DNA of 64,000 nucleotides from Thermoplasmatota archaeon (GTDB taxonomy: Archaea; Thermoplasmatota; Thermoplasmata; UBA10834): assembly GCA_963818745.1 (NCBI GenBank), contig CAWFTI010000001.1, forward strand, positions 47,345-111,344, written 5' to 3'. Positions 41,210-51,296 of this stretch are shown here, piece by piece. Under the pieces are notes generated by a model. It saw only the letters and a list, made by a program, of their open reading frames with translations. It was not told the DNA's origin and made no database searches. Positions within the stretch are counted from its first letter, which is position 1, and the number at the start of each line of letters is the position of its first letter. Both the position numbers and the translations under genes were made by a program.

Positions 41210-41665
41210 TCAGACGATGTTGTCCGAGACGTCGGTCGTGATCCTGTCGCAGTACACGCACCTCAGGCTGATGGGCTTCTTCGACTCGACCTCGAACTCC
41301 GCCTCGACGGGCTCGTTCTTGTTCGTGATGCAGCCCGGGTTGGAGCACTTCATGATGCCCTTGACCTTGCTCGGGACCTCGACCACGAACTTCTCGGCGA
41401 CGTTGTAGTCCCTGATGATGTTGATCGTGGCGTCCGGGGAGATGAGGGCGACCTTGTCCAGCTCCTTCGGGTCCAGCTCCCGGTCCTCTATCTTGACGAT
41501 GTCCTTCCACCCGGCCTTCTTGCTCGGGACGTGTATGAGCACGCTCACGGTCGAGCTGACATCCTCCTTCACGCCTATGATCCTCAGCACCTTCAGGGCC
41601 ATGCCCACGTCTATGTGGTCTATGACCGTGCCGTTCCTGATCGGAGTGACCTTGAACTCCTTCAT
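41210..41665 (-). CDS. pyrI: aspartate carbamoyltransferase regulatory chain
   Basis: IRNGTVIDHI, KDIVKIE, CSNPGCIT, RCVYCD. Confidence 0.97.
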   Translation of the reverse strand: MKEFKVTPIRNGTVIDHIDVGMALKVLRIIGVKEDVSSTVSVLIHVPSKKAGWKDIVKIEDRELDPKELDKVALISPDATINIIRDYNVAEKFVVEVPSKVKGIMKCSNPGCITNKNEPVEAEFEVESKKPISLRCVYCDRITTDVSDNIV

Positions 41666-42597
41666 TTCGAACCCCCCAGCACGAGCGACAGGAGCGCCAT
41701 CCTGACAGGCACACCGTTGAACGCCTGCTCGAAGTACTTCGCGTGCTCCGTCTGGTCCACCTCGGGGTCGATCTCCGTGACCCTCGGGAGCGGGTGCATG
41801 ATTATCAGGTCCTTCTTGGCGTTCCTGAGCATGTTCATGTCGACCTTGTACAGCCCCGCGACCTTCTGGTACTCCGCGGGGTCCGGGAACCGCTCCTTCT
41901 GTATCCTCGTGACGTAGAGCACATCGGCGTCCTTGATGACGTCCTCGAGCGAGCTGCTTATCTTGGGCTTGGTGCCCATGCCCTCGATCCGCTTCAGGTG
42001 CTCCTTGGGCATCTGCAGGGTCGGGGGCGCGACGAAGGTCAGCTCCGCCCCGAACATCGAGAGGGCCTCCGACAGCGAGTGCACGGTCCTGCCGTACTTG
42101 AGGTCCCCGAGGATCGCGACGTGGTTCCCCTCGATCTTCGACTTGAGCTTCTTGATCGTGAACAGGTCCAGCATGGTCTGAGTCGGGTGCTGGCCGGCAC
42201 CGTCACCCGCGTTCAGCACGGGCTTGTTCGCGAAGTGCGCCGCGAGCCTCGCCGCGCCCTCCTGAGGATGCCTCAGCACTATCACGTCGGAGTAAGAGTC
42301 GACCATCCGGATCGTGTCGGCGAGCGTCTCGCCCTTCGCGACGGATGACCCCTTGGGCTCGTCGAACCCCAGCGTCCGACCGCCGAGCCGGGCCATGGCC
42401 GCCTCGAAGGACAGCCTGGTCCTCGTGGACGGCTCGTAGAACAGCGACCCGAGTACCTTACCATCGAGAAGGCTGCTCTTCTCCTCCCCCTTGGCGATTG
42501 GCACCATCTTCTCTGCGACCTTGAGCACATGCTCTATCTGCTCCCTCGAAAAATCACGGATGGAGACTACATCCATCCCCCTGAAACTACCTGACAT
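41662..42597 (-). CDS. pyrB: aspartate carbamoyltransferase catalytic chain
   Basis: FYEPSTRTRLSF, HPTQTMLD, GDLKYGRTVHSL, TRIQKERF, MHPLPR. Confidence 0.97.
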   Translation of the reverse strand: MSGSFRGMDVVSIRDFSREQIEHVLKVAEKMVPIAKGEEKSSLLDGKVLGSLFYEPSTRTRLSFEAAMARLGGRTLGFDEPKGSSVAKGETLADTIRMVDSYSDVIVLRHPQEGAARLAAHFANKPVLNAGDGAGQHPTQTMLDLFTIKKLKSKIEGNHVAILGDLKYGRTVHSLSEALSMFGAELTFVAPPTLQMPKEHLKRIEGMGTKPKISSSLEDVIKDADVLYVTRIQKERFPDPAEYQKVAGLYKVDMNMLRNAKKDLIIMHPLPRVTEIDPEVDQTEHAKYFEQAFNGVPVRMALLSLVLGGSK

Positions 42598-42732
42598 CAG
42601 GCACCTAATCGAGTGATGCCTTATAAGACTTTCACGGGGGACGCTGGCAGGCGCGTCGAACCTCGGCGAATCGTCCCCGTGATAACCTCGGAAACGGCTC
42701 ACGAACGGATGCCAAAGGGTGCCGGGGAGCGC

Positions 42733-43092
42733 TCACACGAGGTCGAAATCGTCTATCGCGCTGTTCATGTTGGAGAACCAGTCATCTGCGCACCTGTGAA
42801 GCCTGTCCTTCAGCTGGGTAGGGGGCACGGCCGAGTACACGTGGAAGTATCCTCCCCGCTTTATCGTCTGCGTCTCCCTGAAGGCGAGCCCGGCAGAGAC
42901 CAGCTTCTGCAGCGCGCGGTAGACGGTGCTCCTGTCCCTCTTGTATGAGGGGGCGAGGTCGTCCGCCCTCAGAGGGCCCTGTTTGACGAGCTTCTTGTAG
43001 ATCGTCAGTTCGAAATCGGACAGGCCGTAGACGCACTTCACGATGTCCCTGCAGGTCGCCTGTCCGGAGAGTATCTTCTGAGGCTCCACCAT
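42733..43092 (-). CDS. TrmB-like HTH transcriptional regulator (COG3355-like)
   Basis: CRDIVKCVYGL, RDRSTVYRALQKL, GGYFHVY; divergent from the tusA operon. Confidence 0.85.
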   Translation of the reverse strand: MVEPQKILSGQATCRDIVKCVYGLSDFELTIYKKLVKQGPLRADDLAPSYKRDRSTVYRALQKLVSAGLAFRETQTIKRGGYFHVYSAVPPTQLKDRLHRCADDWFSNMNSAIDDFDLV

Positions 43093-43229
43093 GTCGCACG
43101 GTAGTGCCATTATTATACTTAACCGTTGTGACGGACACCACGTCCAGACACAATCCCGAGCATCGGGGGAATCTTTATTAAGTAACAACGTAATCGCATA
43201 TGCACGGTTATGACATAACCGCAGGAGAG

Positions 43230-43463
43230 ATGCTCTTGGACAAGGACGCGACCCTTGATGCGAAGGGGCTCATGTGCCCCATGCCGATAGTGCAGCTCGC
43301 AAAGAAGGTGAGGGAGATGAAGTCGGGGCAGGTCTTGGAGCTGCTGGCCGACGATGTGGGGGCCAAGGAGGACGTGCCCGCCTGGTGCAGCCGGACCGGG
43401 AACGCGCTCGTCGCCATGGAAGAAGAGGGAAAGCTGATCAGATTCTACATCAGGCTCAAGTGA
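43230..43463 (+). CDS. tusA: sulfur carrier protein, TusA family
   Basis: LDAKGLMCPMP, GQVLELLADD.G..EDVPAWC..TGN. Confidence 0.93.
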   Translation: MLLDKDATLDAKGLMCPMPIVQLAKKVREMKSGQVLELLADDVGAKEDVPAWCSRTGNALVAMEEEGKLIRFYIRLK

Positions 43464-43498
43464 GGGACACAACGCGGTTGGGAAAAGAGGAGATCGAT

Positions 43499-43903
43499 AT
43501 GGCTGAAAAGTTCTGTATGGTAGTGAGCGAGGGAAGTCTGGACAAGGCGCTGATGCCGCTGATCATGGGCAACACGGGGGCCGCCATGGGAATGGAGGTA
43601 CACGTGTTCTACACGTTCTTCGGGCTCAAGCTCCTGAAGAAGGGCGTCAAGCCGAAGCTGCCGGGGATAATGAGCCTCTTCACCGGGATGATGGTGAAGA
43701 AGATGAAGAAGCTCAACATCCAGGATTATCACACCATGATGAAGGAGGCAAGGGAGCTGGGTGTGAAGTTCTACGCGTGCAGCACGTCCATGGCGATGAT
43801 GGGCGTGAAGGAGACGGACCTGGTCGAGGGCACCAAGATTCTCGGGGCATCCGCGTTCCTGAACCTGGCCGCGGACGCGAAGATGACGCTGTTCATCGGA
43901 TGA
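43499..43903 (+). CDS. DsrE2-like (DsrE/DsrF/DrsH-like) protein
   Basis: AAMGMEVHVFYTFFGL..L, GVKFYACSTSM, G.SAFL..A....TLFI. Confidence 0.88.
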   Translation: MAEKFCMVVSEGSLDKALMPLIMGNTGAAMGMEVHVFYTFFGLKLLKKGVKPKLPGIMSLFTGMMVKKMKKLNIQDYHTMMKEARELGVKFYACSTSMAMMGVKETDLVEGTKILGASAFLNLAADAKMTLFIG

Positions 43904-43913
43904 GCGGGATACC

Positions 43914-44213
43914 ATGAAGACCGCATTCCTGATCTTGAAATCGCCCCTGGAGCAAGACCCGACTCACGTCATGAAGAGGTTCGCATCGCCTGAGGAAGCG
44001 AGCGTGATCCTCGTCGAGGACGGGGTCTTCCAGGCGCTGAGCCCGGACGCCGCAGTCCGTCTCGGAAAGGCCGCGCACGAGATACTGGTCTCGAGGCAGG
44101 ATGTCGAGGCGAGGGGGTTCGACCCTTCCAAGCTGAAGGCGGGGAAGGCCGTCGGATACGACGAGATAGTGGATCTCATAATGGAGCGCACGGAGCGCAC
44201 CGTGACGGTGTGA
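43914..44213 (+). CDS. dsrH: DsrH/TusB family sulfur relay protein
   Basis: LKSP, ILVEDGVF, DVEARG, VGYDEIVDLI. Confidence 0.85.
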   Translation: MKTAFLILKSPLEQDPTHVMKRFASPEEASVILVEDGVFQALSPDAAVRLGKAAHEILVSRQDVEARGFDPSKLKAGKAVGYDEIVDLIMERTERTVTV

Positions 44214-44222
44214 GGGGATCAT

Positions 44223-44582
44223 ATGACGAAGACTCTGACAATCCTGTGGAGGTCGGGCTCGATGATGGCCATGGACGTGAACGTGGCCGTGAACCTGGCC
44301 AAGGCCGCGAAGGCGAAGGGCTACGCGGTGAAGATGTTCGGGTACGGAGAGGGCGTGACGGCCGTCAAGAACGGCCAGAACCCCAAGAGGTTCCCCAACG
44401 TGGGCAAGGAGCTCGAGCAGATGGCACGCGAGGGCGTGGAGATCGCCGTGTGCGAGACCTGCTGGGCCGCGAGGGGGTTCCAGAGGGGAGAGGAGATCCC
44501 CGGGGTCAAGGTAGGGAGCCTGACGAACGACCTGTTCAGGTTCGTGTCCGGGTCGGACAGGCTCGTGACCGTGGCGAGGTGA
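44223..44582 (+). CDS. dsrE: DsrE/TusD family sulfur relay protein
   Basis: MFGYGEGV, IAVCETCWAARG (conserved Cys), SDRLVT. Confidence 0.85.
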   Translation: MTKTLTILWRSGSMMAMDVNVAVNLAKAAKAKGYAVKMFGYGEGVTAVKNGQNPKRFPNVGKELEQMAREGVEIAVCETCWAARGFQRGEEIPGVKVGSLTNDLFRFVSGSDRLVTVAR

Positions 44583-44583
44583 G

Positions 44584-44943
44584 ATGATGGCCAACTCAAC
44601 ACTTGTGCTGATAACGAAGCCCCCGTACGGACTGGAGGAGGCGTTCGCCGGGCTCAGGCTCGGACTCGCGATGAGCGTGAACGGCATGAAGACCTCAGTG
44701 CTCATGCTCGAGGACGGAGTTTACAACGCGGTGGGCTCGCAGAGGCCCGACGCGGTCGCGATGCCCTCCAACGTCGAGGCGACCAAAGAGCTGTACGATT
44801 TCGAGGTGCCGGTCTATGTCGTGAAGGAGGACCTGGCGTCCAGGGGAATCGACGAGTCCGCCCTGTTCGAGGGGCTCAAGGTCGTGCCCGCGTCCAAGGC
44901 CAAGGAACTCCTGGCCGAGCACGACGTCGTGACGACGTTCTGA
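44584..44943 (+). CDS. dsrF: DsrF/TusC family sulfur relay protein
   Basis: ITKPPYG.E.A..GLR, LEDGVY, VKEDL.SRGI, DVVTTF. Confidence 0.85.
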   Translation: MMANSTLVLITKPPYGLEEAFAGLRLGLAMSVNGMKTSVLMLEDGVYNAVGSQRPDAVAMPSNVEATKELYDFEVPVYVVKEDLASRGIDESALFEGLKVVPASKAKELLAEHDVVTTF

Positions 44944-45008
44944 ACCTCTTCCGGGAGGGACGACCTCCCATCAATTCATTTTATGAGTACTGTCAGCGAT
45001 GCCTCTGC

Positions 45009-46716
45009 GTGCATTTCGAGATAATCGACAGGGACGGGCTTGCGCGGACTGGCATCCTGGAGGTGCGGGGCGCGAAGCACATGACCCCCGCGATCGCGTT
45101 CGTGGATTCGCCCAAGTTCCCCGCTCCTGAGGGGGCGCTCAAGGTGGAGCCTGCTGCGGACGGGACGCAGGGACACCTGTCGCTCGCGCCGTCCGAGTTC
45201 ACCTCATCCTCCGTCGAGGCCGACCTGAAACCGGGTTTTAGAGGGTCGAAGTACGCCCCCGAGGCGCCTGCGGGGGAGTTGGCGGTCATTGAGGGCATCG
45301 CTTCGCTCATGCTCGACTCCAACGGGTTCGTCGCCGCGATCGGCCGGCTCAAAGCCGGCCCTGACATCCTCAAGCCTGCATACTGCTCGGTCGCGGGCCT
45401 GCCACACAGGCTTGCGCTCCTCAGCATACTGCGGGATCGACCTGTTCGACTCCGTCCCGCTGATCATGGCCGCGGAGACGGGCACGTACCTCACGAACAC
45501 CGGAAGGCTCGACTACAGCCGGCTGAAGGAACTGCCGTGCTCGTGCCCCGCCTGCCATTCGGGCAGGCGAGGGAAGGAGGAGCTGCTCAGGCACAACTAC
45601 ATCGTCGCGGAGAACGAGATCCGCATGATCAGACACGCGATAGAGCTCGGCACCCTGAGGGAGCTCGTGGAGGCCAGGGTGAGGTCCGACCCCTGGCTCG
45701 TCCAGAACCTGAGAATCATGGACCTGGAGCAGTACGACCTCCAGGAGCTGCACGCGCCCGTCAGGGGCACGCCGTTCCACGCGGGGTCGAAGGAATCCCT
45801 GTCGAGGCCGGATGTGGTCAGGTGGAGGAAGCGGCTCGCGGAGAGGTATGAGAGGCCACGACGTGCGCGCGCGCTGTTGCTGATCCCCTGCTCGGCCAAG
45901 AAGCCGTACTCCCTGTCGAAATCGCACGCGAGGTTCAGGGAGGCGCTCATATCCAGCGGAAGGTACGAGCTCGTGCACGAGGTCATCGTCACATCGCCCC
46001 TCGGGCTCGTCCCGAGGGAGCTGGAGCTGTTCTACCCCGCCAAGGACTACGACATCCCCGTCACCGGCCACTGGGACAGGGACGAGAAGAGGATGGCGGA
46101 GGACATGGTCTCGTGGCTCGTCGGGAGCCAGAAGTACGACCTGGTGATCTCTCACCTCGGGGACGAGCGGGAGCCGGTCAACTCCGTCCTGAGCGACTTC
46201 GTGGACACATCCATGGGGAACCCGGGGTCGAGGGAGAGCCTCAGCCGCCTGACGGAGACGCTGAGGGAGCGGCTGCCCGCGCCCTCGGAGGAGGACCGGC
46301 GGGAGAGGGACATCGACGACATGCGCTCGCTGTGCAGGTTCCAGTTCGGGCCCGCGGGCGAGACACTGTGCGAAGGCGCAGGCGTGTACGGGCGCTGGCC
46401 CAACCTCAAGATATCCCGGGGGAATAGCCAACTGGCGATGCTCACGGGAGACCGCGGGATGCTTTCCCTGACCCTGGACGGAGGGAAGGTCCTCTCGGAG
46501 CAGGGAGCCTACTGCGTCGAGATAGGCGACTTCATCCCCAAGGGCAACCTGTTCGCGATCGGGGTCGAGAAGGCCGACGAGAGGATCAGGATAGGGGACG
46601 ATGTCGTGGTAGTCCACGGGAAGGACGCGAGGGCCGTCGGCGTGGCCCGGATGACCCCACAGGAGATGGGACTGGCCGAGAGGGGAGAGGCCGTCCACAT
46701 CAGGCACGCGCTCTGA
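45009..46716 (+). CDS. arcS: archaeosine synthase alpha subunit (frameshift ~45425)
   Basis: FEIIDRDGLARTG; IPCSAKKPYSLSKSH; VTSPLGLVPRELE..YPA..YDIPVTG.W; C-terminal PUA domain. Confidence 0.92.
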
Positions 46717-46809
46717 GCGGCCCTGACAGAGCCAGACTATTTTCGCCCACCCCCACCTGTTAAGCTATTGACCTCCGTTTCACATGGAACCCTTCGACAG
46801 GTGTGAAAA

Positions 46810-46896
46810 ATGGTGGACGCGGATCACTACAGCTGGGAAGAGATGTACGACCTTCTGGGCTGTGAGCCGGAACTCGAGCCGGCTGCTGACTATTGA
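46810..46896 (+). CDS. putative small acidic protein (28 aa)
   Basis: MVDADHYSWEEMYDLLGCEPELEPAADY; AGGTGTGA SD-like sequence just upstream and a terminator downstream. Confidence 0.55.
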   Translation: MVDADHYSWEEMYDLLGCEPELEPAADY

Positions 46897-46906
46897 TGCC
46901 ATCCCA

Positions 46907-46957
46907 GATAGGTAGGAATTTTGCTCCTCCTACCTATCAACCTTCTTCTTTTTTCTC
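46907..46957 (+). terminator. hairpin plus pyrimidine run between convergent genes
   Basis: GATAGGTAGGA (46907-46917) / TCCTACCTATC (46928-46938), perfect 11-bp stem, then CTTCTTCTTTTTTCTC. Confidence 0.6.
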
Positions 46958-47313
46958 GGCCCTGCGAGGGAGTATATGCGCCAGTTCCTGCTCCTCCTCG
47001 ACCTGACGAGCCCTGCGTTCTCGAGTATGCGCAGATGATACGACAGCTTCGAATCGGTCAATCCTGTTATCTTCTTCAGGAGACACGGGCACATGTCAGA
47101 GAGGGACAGCGCCTCGAGTATGCGGAGGCGGACCGGGTCCGCCATCGCGCCGTGGCTGCGGGCCTCGTCCTCGAGGTCGCGCATCGAGCGTATCCTTGAT
47201 AGGAGCCTGTCATATCCTCCCGCCTTCGCCACGCCTCTCGCGACCTCAGGCGGGACGGCGAGGTTGCCCACAGTTCCGGGGCAGCATAGCGATTCGATTT
47301 TCTTTGGAATCAC
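46930..47313 (-). CDS. arsR: ArsR/SmtB family transcriptional regulator
   Basis: AMADPVRLRILEAL...MCPCLL...SKLSYHLRIL.NAGLV; N-terminal CC; divergent from acr3. Confidence 0.88.
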   Translation of the reverse strand: MIPKKIESLCCPGTVGNLAVPPEVARGVAKAGGYDRLLSRIRSMRDLEDEARSHGAMADPVRLRILEALSLSDMCPCLLKKITGLTDSKLSYHLRILENAGLVRSRRSRNWRIYSLAGPRKKKKVDR

Positions 47314-47404
47314 AATCGATAAATACGCTGCGAGATATTTCAAGTTTTGTCGAAACGCAGTGGGCATGCACGCCTCCGACCAGATGCTTACCAGGTGAAC
47401 ACCG

Positions 47405-47992
47405 ATGGGGATCCTTCCATGCTGTCCGGGCAGGAGCGTCACGAAGAAGATCAGAGTAGGCGACCTCGAGGTCGGGATAGCGGACCTCGACGGCATCCTC
47501 GCGAAGGCCGCCGAGATGGGAGACGCCTCCGAGACCGAGCTCAAGAAGGTCCTCATGCGGGAGACGAGGAAGCACAACTACGTTCCCGAATCCGCCGAGC
47601 AGGAGTACATGGCGGCCATCTGGGCCGAGTTCGTCCGATTCAGGGAACGGGACGCGAAGCAAACGGCCGTCACGAGGATCGAGCCGATAGGTCCTGCGCC
47701 CGCGAAGCGCGACCCCATGGAGGGAATCCCGAGGAACGAGGTGCAGTGGTTCCCGACCATCGACCGCGACAAGTGCACGAGCTGCGGGGCATGTGCGAAG
47801 TTCTGCCACAAAGGTGTTTACGAATCCGGGGACGAGGTCAAGGTAGTGAACCCGTACAACTGCGTCGTCGGGTGCACGGGCTGCGTGAGCCAGTGCCCCG
47901 AGGGTGCGATATCGTTCCCGTCGATGAGGGTGCTGGCCACACAGCTGCACAGCCTGAAGGAGAAGTACCAGAAGGGGAAAGCGAGAGCATGA
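47405..47992 (+). CDS. 2x[4Fe-4S] ferredoxin fused to an N-terminal Cys-Cys domain
   Basis: PCC...VGI.DLD...NYVP..AE.EY; [11 protein letters not shown] and [13 protein letters not shown]. Confidence 0.85.
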   Translation: MGILPCCPGRSVTKKIRVGDLEVGIADLDGILAKAAEMGDASETELKKVLMRETRKHNYVPESAEQEYMAAIWAEFVRFRERDAKQTAVTRIEPIGPAPAKRDPMEGIPRNEVQWFPTIDRDKCTSCGACAKFCHKGVYESGDEVKVVNPYNCVVGCTGCVSQCPEGAISFPSMRVLATQLHSLKEKYQKGKARA

Positions 47993-49135
47993 GTGAGGGA
48001 AGCTGCGGACAAGAGCCGGGCACATGTGCAGCGCCACGAAAGAAGCTCTCGTTCCTGGATGAATTCCTGACGCTCTGGATATTCCTCGCCATGGCGGTGG
48101 GGGTGGGCATCGGCTACGCATACCCCGAGATCTCGGACTTCATCGATTCGATGAGCATAGACAACGTCTCCCTCCCCATCGCAGTCGGCCTCCTGGTCAT
48201 GATGTACCCGCCCCTCGCGAAGGTCAGATACGAAGACCTCGGAAGGCTGCGCGAAGCGAAGAAGATGCTGGGCACCTCCCTCCTCCTGAACTGGCTGATA
48301 GGTCCCTTGCTCATGTTCGCCCTGGCGTGGCTCTTCCTGCCGGAGCCCGAGATGGCGCCGTACAGATGGGGGCTCATCCTGGTCGGCCTCGCCAGATGCA
48401 TCGCGATGGTCCTCGTTTGGAACATGCTCGCAGATGGCGACTGCGAATACTGCGCGGTGCTCGTCGCCTTGAACTCGTTCTTCCAGATCGTGATGTACTC
48501 AGCGCTCGCATACTTCTTCATCACCGTGATGACGCCCGTGATCTCACCGTCCGCCGAGATCCTGGTGGTAGACATCAGCATGTTGGACATCGCGAAGAGC
48601 GTGCTGATATTCCTGGGCATCCCCTTCGCTGCGGGGGTCGCGAGCTGGTACCTCCTGACCCGAAGGAAGGGCAGGGAGTGGTACGACAAGGTATTCGCCC
48701 CGACGATAAGCCCGCTCGCCCTGATCGGCTTGCTGTTCACCATCGTCGTCATGTTCGCCCTTCAGGGGGAACACATCGTTGGCCACCCGTTGGACGTCGT
48801 GCGGATTGCCATCCCGCTCGTCACATACTTCCTTCTGATGTTCTTCGTCAGCTTCGCGATGTCCCACAGGCTCGGGTTCACCTACGGCCAGGGGGCCACG
48901 CAGTCGTTCACTGCCGCCAGCAACAACTTCGAGCTGGCGATCGCCGTGGCGGTGGCGACCTTCGGGATAGCCTCCCTCGAGGCGTTCGCGACCGTGATCG
49001 GCCCGCTCATGGAGGTCCCCGTGCTCATCGGGCTGGTGAACGTCTCCCTCTGGATCAAGCGGAGGTACTACGATGCCGATGGGATGCCTGCGGAAAAGCG
49101 TGCTCCGAAGAGGGAAACGGCCACGAAAGGCTTAA
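47989..49135 (+). CDS. acr3: ACR3 family arsenite efflux transporter (no in-frame stop as assembled; end approximate)
   Basis: [60 protein letters not shown]. Confidence 0.93.
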
Positions 49136-49284
49136 GTGCCCTTTCAGAAATCCCCTACCGTCGGGACGACTGGGATGCACTAGTGGTTCTCAGAGCAGAT
49201 GACGAGGACCATCTATCACGACAAGACCTGACCAGGGTAAGCGAGATGAACATATACGGGCCTGGATTGAGGGCGCTGGCTGTC

Positions 49285-49707
49285 ATGTCTGGCGGATACG
49301 CTACGAAGAAACCGTCCGAGGGCGGCGGGATATCGGCGAGGGTCTTCGTTGTCGATGACGAGGACTTCATAAGGGACCTCTACAAGGACATGTTCGAGTC
49401 CAAGGGACACACGGTGTTCTCGGCGAGGAGCGGCGATGAGGCGGTCCGGATACTCAGGACCATGACGAGCAGGCCCGATGCGATCATCATGGACCACAGG
49501 ATGCCCGGCAAGGACGGCATTCAGACCACGAGGGAGATACTCGACATGGACCCCTCCATACCGATCATATTCTCCAGCGCGGACGAGTCGGTCAGGGAGG
49601 AGGCGCTGGAAGCCGGTGCGATATCGTTCTGGACGAAGCCGTTCCCCATCGCGATGCTGATCAACGCCACGCTCGACGTCGTCAAGGCCAAGAAGGGCTC
49701 GCAATAG
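49285..49707 (+). CDS. single-domain response regulator (in frame with acr3)
   Basis: [25 protein letters not shown]. Confidence 0.88.
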   Translation: MSGGYATKKPSEGGGISARVFVVDDEDFIRDLYKDMFESKGHTVFSARSGDEAVRILRTMTSRPDAIIMDHRMPGKDGIQTTREILDMDPSIPIIFSSADESVREEALEAGAISFWTKPFPIAMLINATLDVVKAKKGSQ

Positions 49708-49723
49708 GGACCGTCACTCCATC

Positions 49724-50761
49724 TCATTCCATCTTGTATCTGAGTATGGCAGCGACGCCGCCCAGGGATTCCAGCCTTCTGCCCGCCTCGTGCATCGAGC
49801 TCACGATCATGAAATCGCCCTTCGAGTCCTCGACCGACCTGAGCAGCTTGTCGGAAACGGCGGTCCTAACCTTGGTGTCCAGGACCAGAAGGATCTTGAT
49901 CGCGCCTGCCGCTACGGCGTTCGCCACGGCAGCGTCGCCGTAGGCGAACATCCCGTCCTTCGCTATCTCGGCGAACAGCTGCTCCACCAACAGGGTCTCC
50001 CGCGCGACTCGCGAGTCCTCGAGCACCTTGCCCCCGATGCCTTTCTTCATCAGCTCGTGTATGCCCGCCATGCCCGCCTGACCCGTGGACTGCAGGGATA
50101 AGGACCGGGCGACCTCGGGCATCTTCTCCTTCAACCTCTTCGCAAGAGCCTCCTTCGTGAACCCGGGGCCCAGGATGATCAGCGGCTCTCCCTTCAGGGA
50201 GGGCCTGAGTTTCTCGACAATCTCGTCCAGGAAGTCCTGCTCGTTCGATTTCGACTCGTACATCTTCCCGCCAGGGTTCCTCGTTATCGTGGCGGACTCC
50301 TTGATGCCATAGTCCCTCACGACGGCGATGACGGCCTCGGTGTCTTCGATGGCCACGAAGAAGATGGACGGCTTCTCGGCCGATGACACCGCCCGCTTTA
50401 TCCTGTCGAAATGCTGCTGCTTCCATTCGGGTTTGATGACGGCGATGTCGTCGCCCGGAGAGACCATGAGGGTGTGATGCTCGCCGATGTCCTGAGGGCC
50501 TGCCTCTATCCTGCCGAGTATCCTGAGGCGGTCCTCCGACTCGTGGAACTCGACCTTCTCGACCCTTATCCCGAGGCGCATCCGGATCTTATCCATCTTG
50601 TCCGGGCGGAGCTTGTCCGTCTTCTCCTCCTTCCTCCTGAACGCGGTCGCGAAGACGAGGTCGTTCACGTCCACCAGGTTGTAGAGGTGCCACAGGTCGT
50701 CGATGGTGTCCGGGAGGAGCTTGATCTCGTTGCTCCTCGCGTCCTGATGCAGTATCTTCAT
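49724..50761 (-). CDS. pelA: mRNA surveillance protein pelota
   Basis: DDLWHLYNLV, VEKVEFH...RLRILG, HHTL, GPGFTKE, AYG, L.SLGGVAAILRY. Confidence 0.95.
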   Translation of the reverse strand: MKILHQDARSNEIKLLPDTIDDLWHLYNLVDVNDLVFATAFRRKEEKTDKLRPDKMDKIRMRLGIRVEKVEFHESEDRLRILGRIEAGPQDIGEHHTLMVSPGDDIAVIKPEWKQQHFDRIKRAVSSAEKPSIFFVAIEDTEAVIAVVRDYGIKESATITRNPGGKMYESKSNEQDFLDEIVEKLRPSLKGEPLIILGPGFTKEALAKRLKEKMPEVARSLSLQSTGQAGMAGIHELMKKGIGGKVLEDSRVARETLLVEQLFAEIAKDGMFAYGDAAVANAVAAGAIKILLVLDTKVRTAVSDKLLRSVEDSKGDFMIVSSMHEAGRRLESLGGVAAILRYKME

Positions 50762-50930
50762 CTCGGCTCGAGCGCTCAGATGACACAGGGCCGATATCAA
50801 AGCATCGCGTTCCGCCACAAGTACTTGAAAGATGCTCCGAAGATGAACATGGTAAGGAACGGGCGCCCGAGAAAGTTTATATTCTCTCCAGAACATGACA
50901 CTCTGAGTAGTCAGAGGGGGCAGTCAGGCC

Positions 50931-51290
50931 ATGGCCGAATACCTTGCAATCGAAGAGATTCTGGATGAGATAAGGTCCGTGCCCTCGGTCTACGAGGCGA
51001 CCGTCGTCTCGCGGAGCGGGATGCATATCGCAGGGGACGCCCCCCGGGGAGTGCACCTCGAGACCTTCGTCGCGATGTCCGCGATACTGCTCGGCGCCGC
51101 GGAGACCGCGACCGCAGAGCTGAAGGACAAGCTGCTGCATGTCTCCATCGATCTCACCAGGAGCAAGATGGTCCTTGTGAGCGCTGGCACGAGGGCGCTG
51201 CTGGTCGTGACCGCGTCCAACGAGATCGCCACGCAGGAGCTGGCCGAGAAGACCAAGGTCTTCGCGGCGAAGATCGCGGAAAAGATCTGA
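50931..51290 (+). CDS. roadblock/LC7 domain protein
   Basis: VVSRSGMHIAG..P....ETFVAMSAILLGAAETATAEL. Confidence 0.9.
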   Translation: MAEYLAIEEILDEIRSVPSVYEATVVSRSGMHIAGDAPRGVHLETFVAMSAILLGAAETATAELKDKLLHVSIDLTRSKMVLVSAGTRALLVVTASNEIATQELAEKTKVFAAKIAEKI

Positions 51291-51296
51291 GGATTC

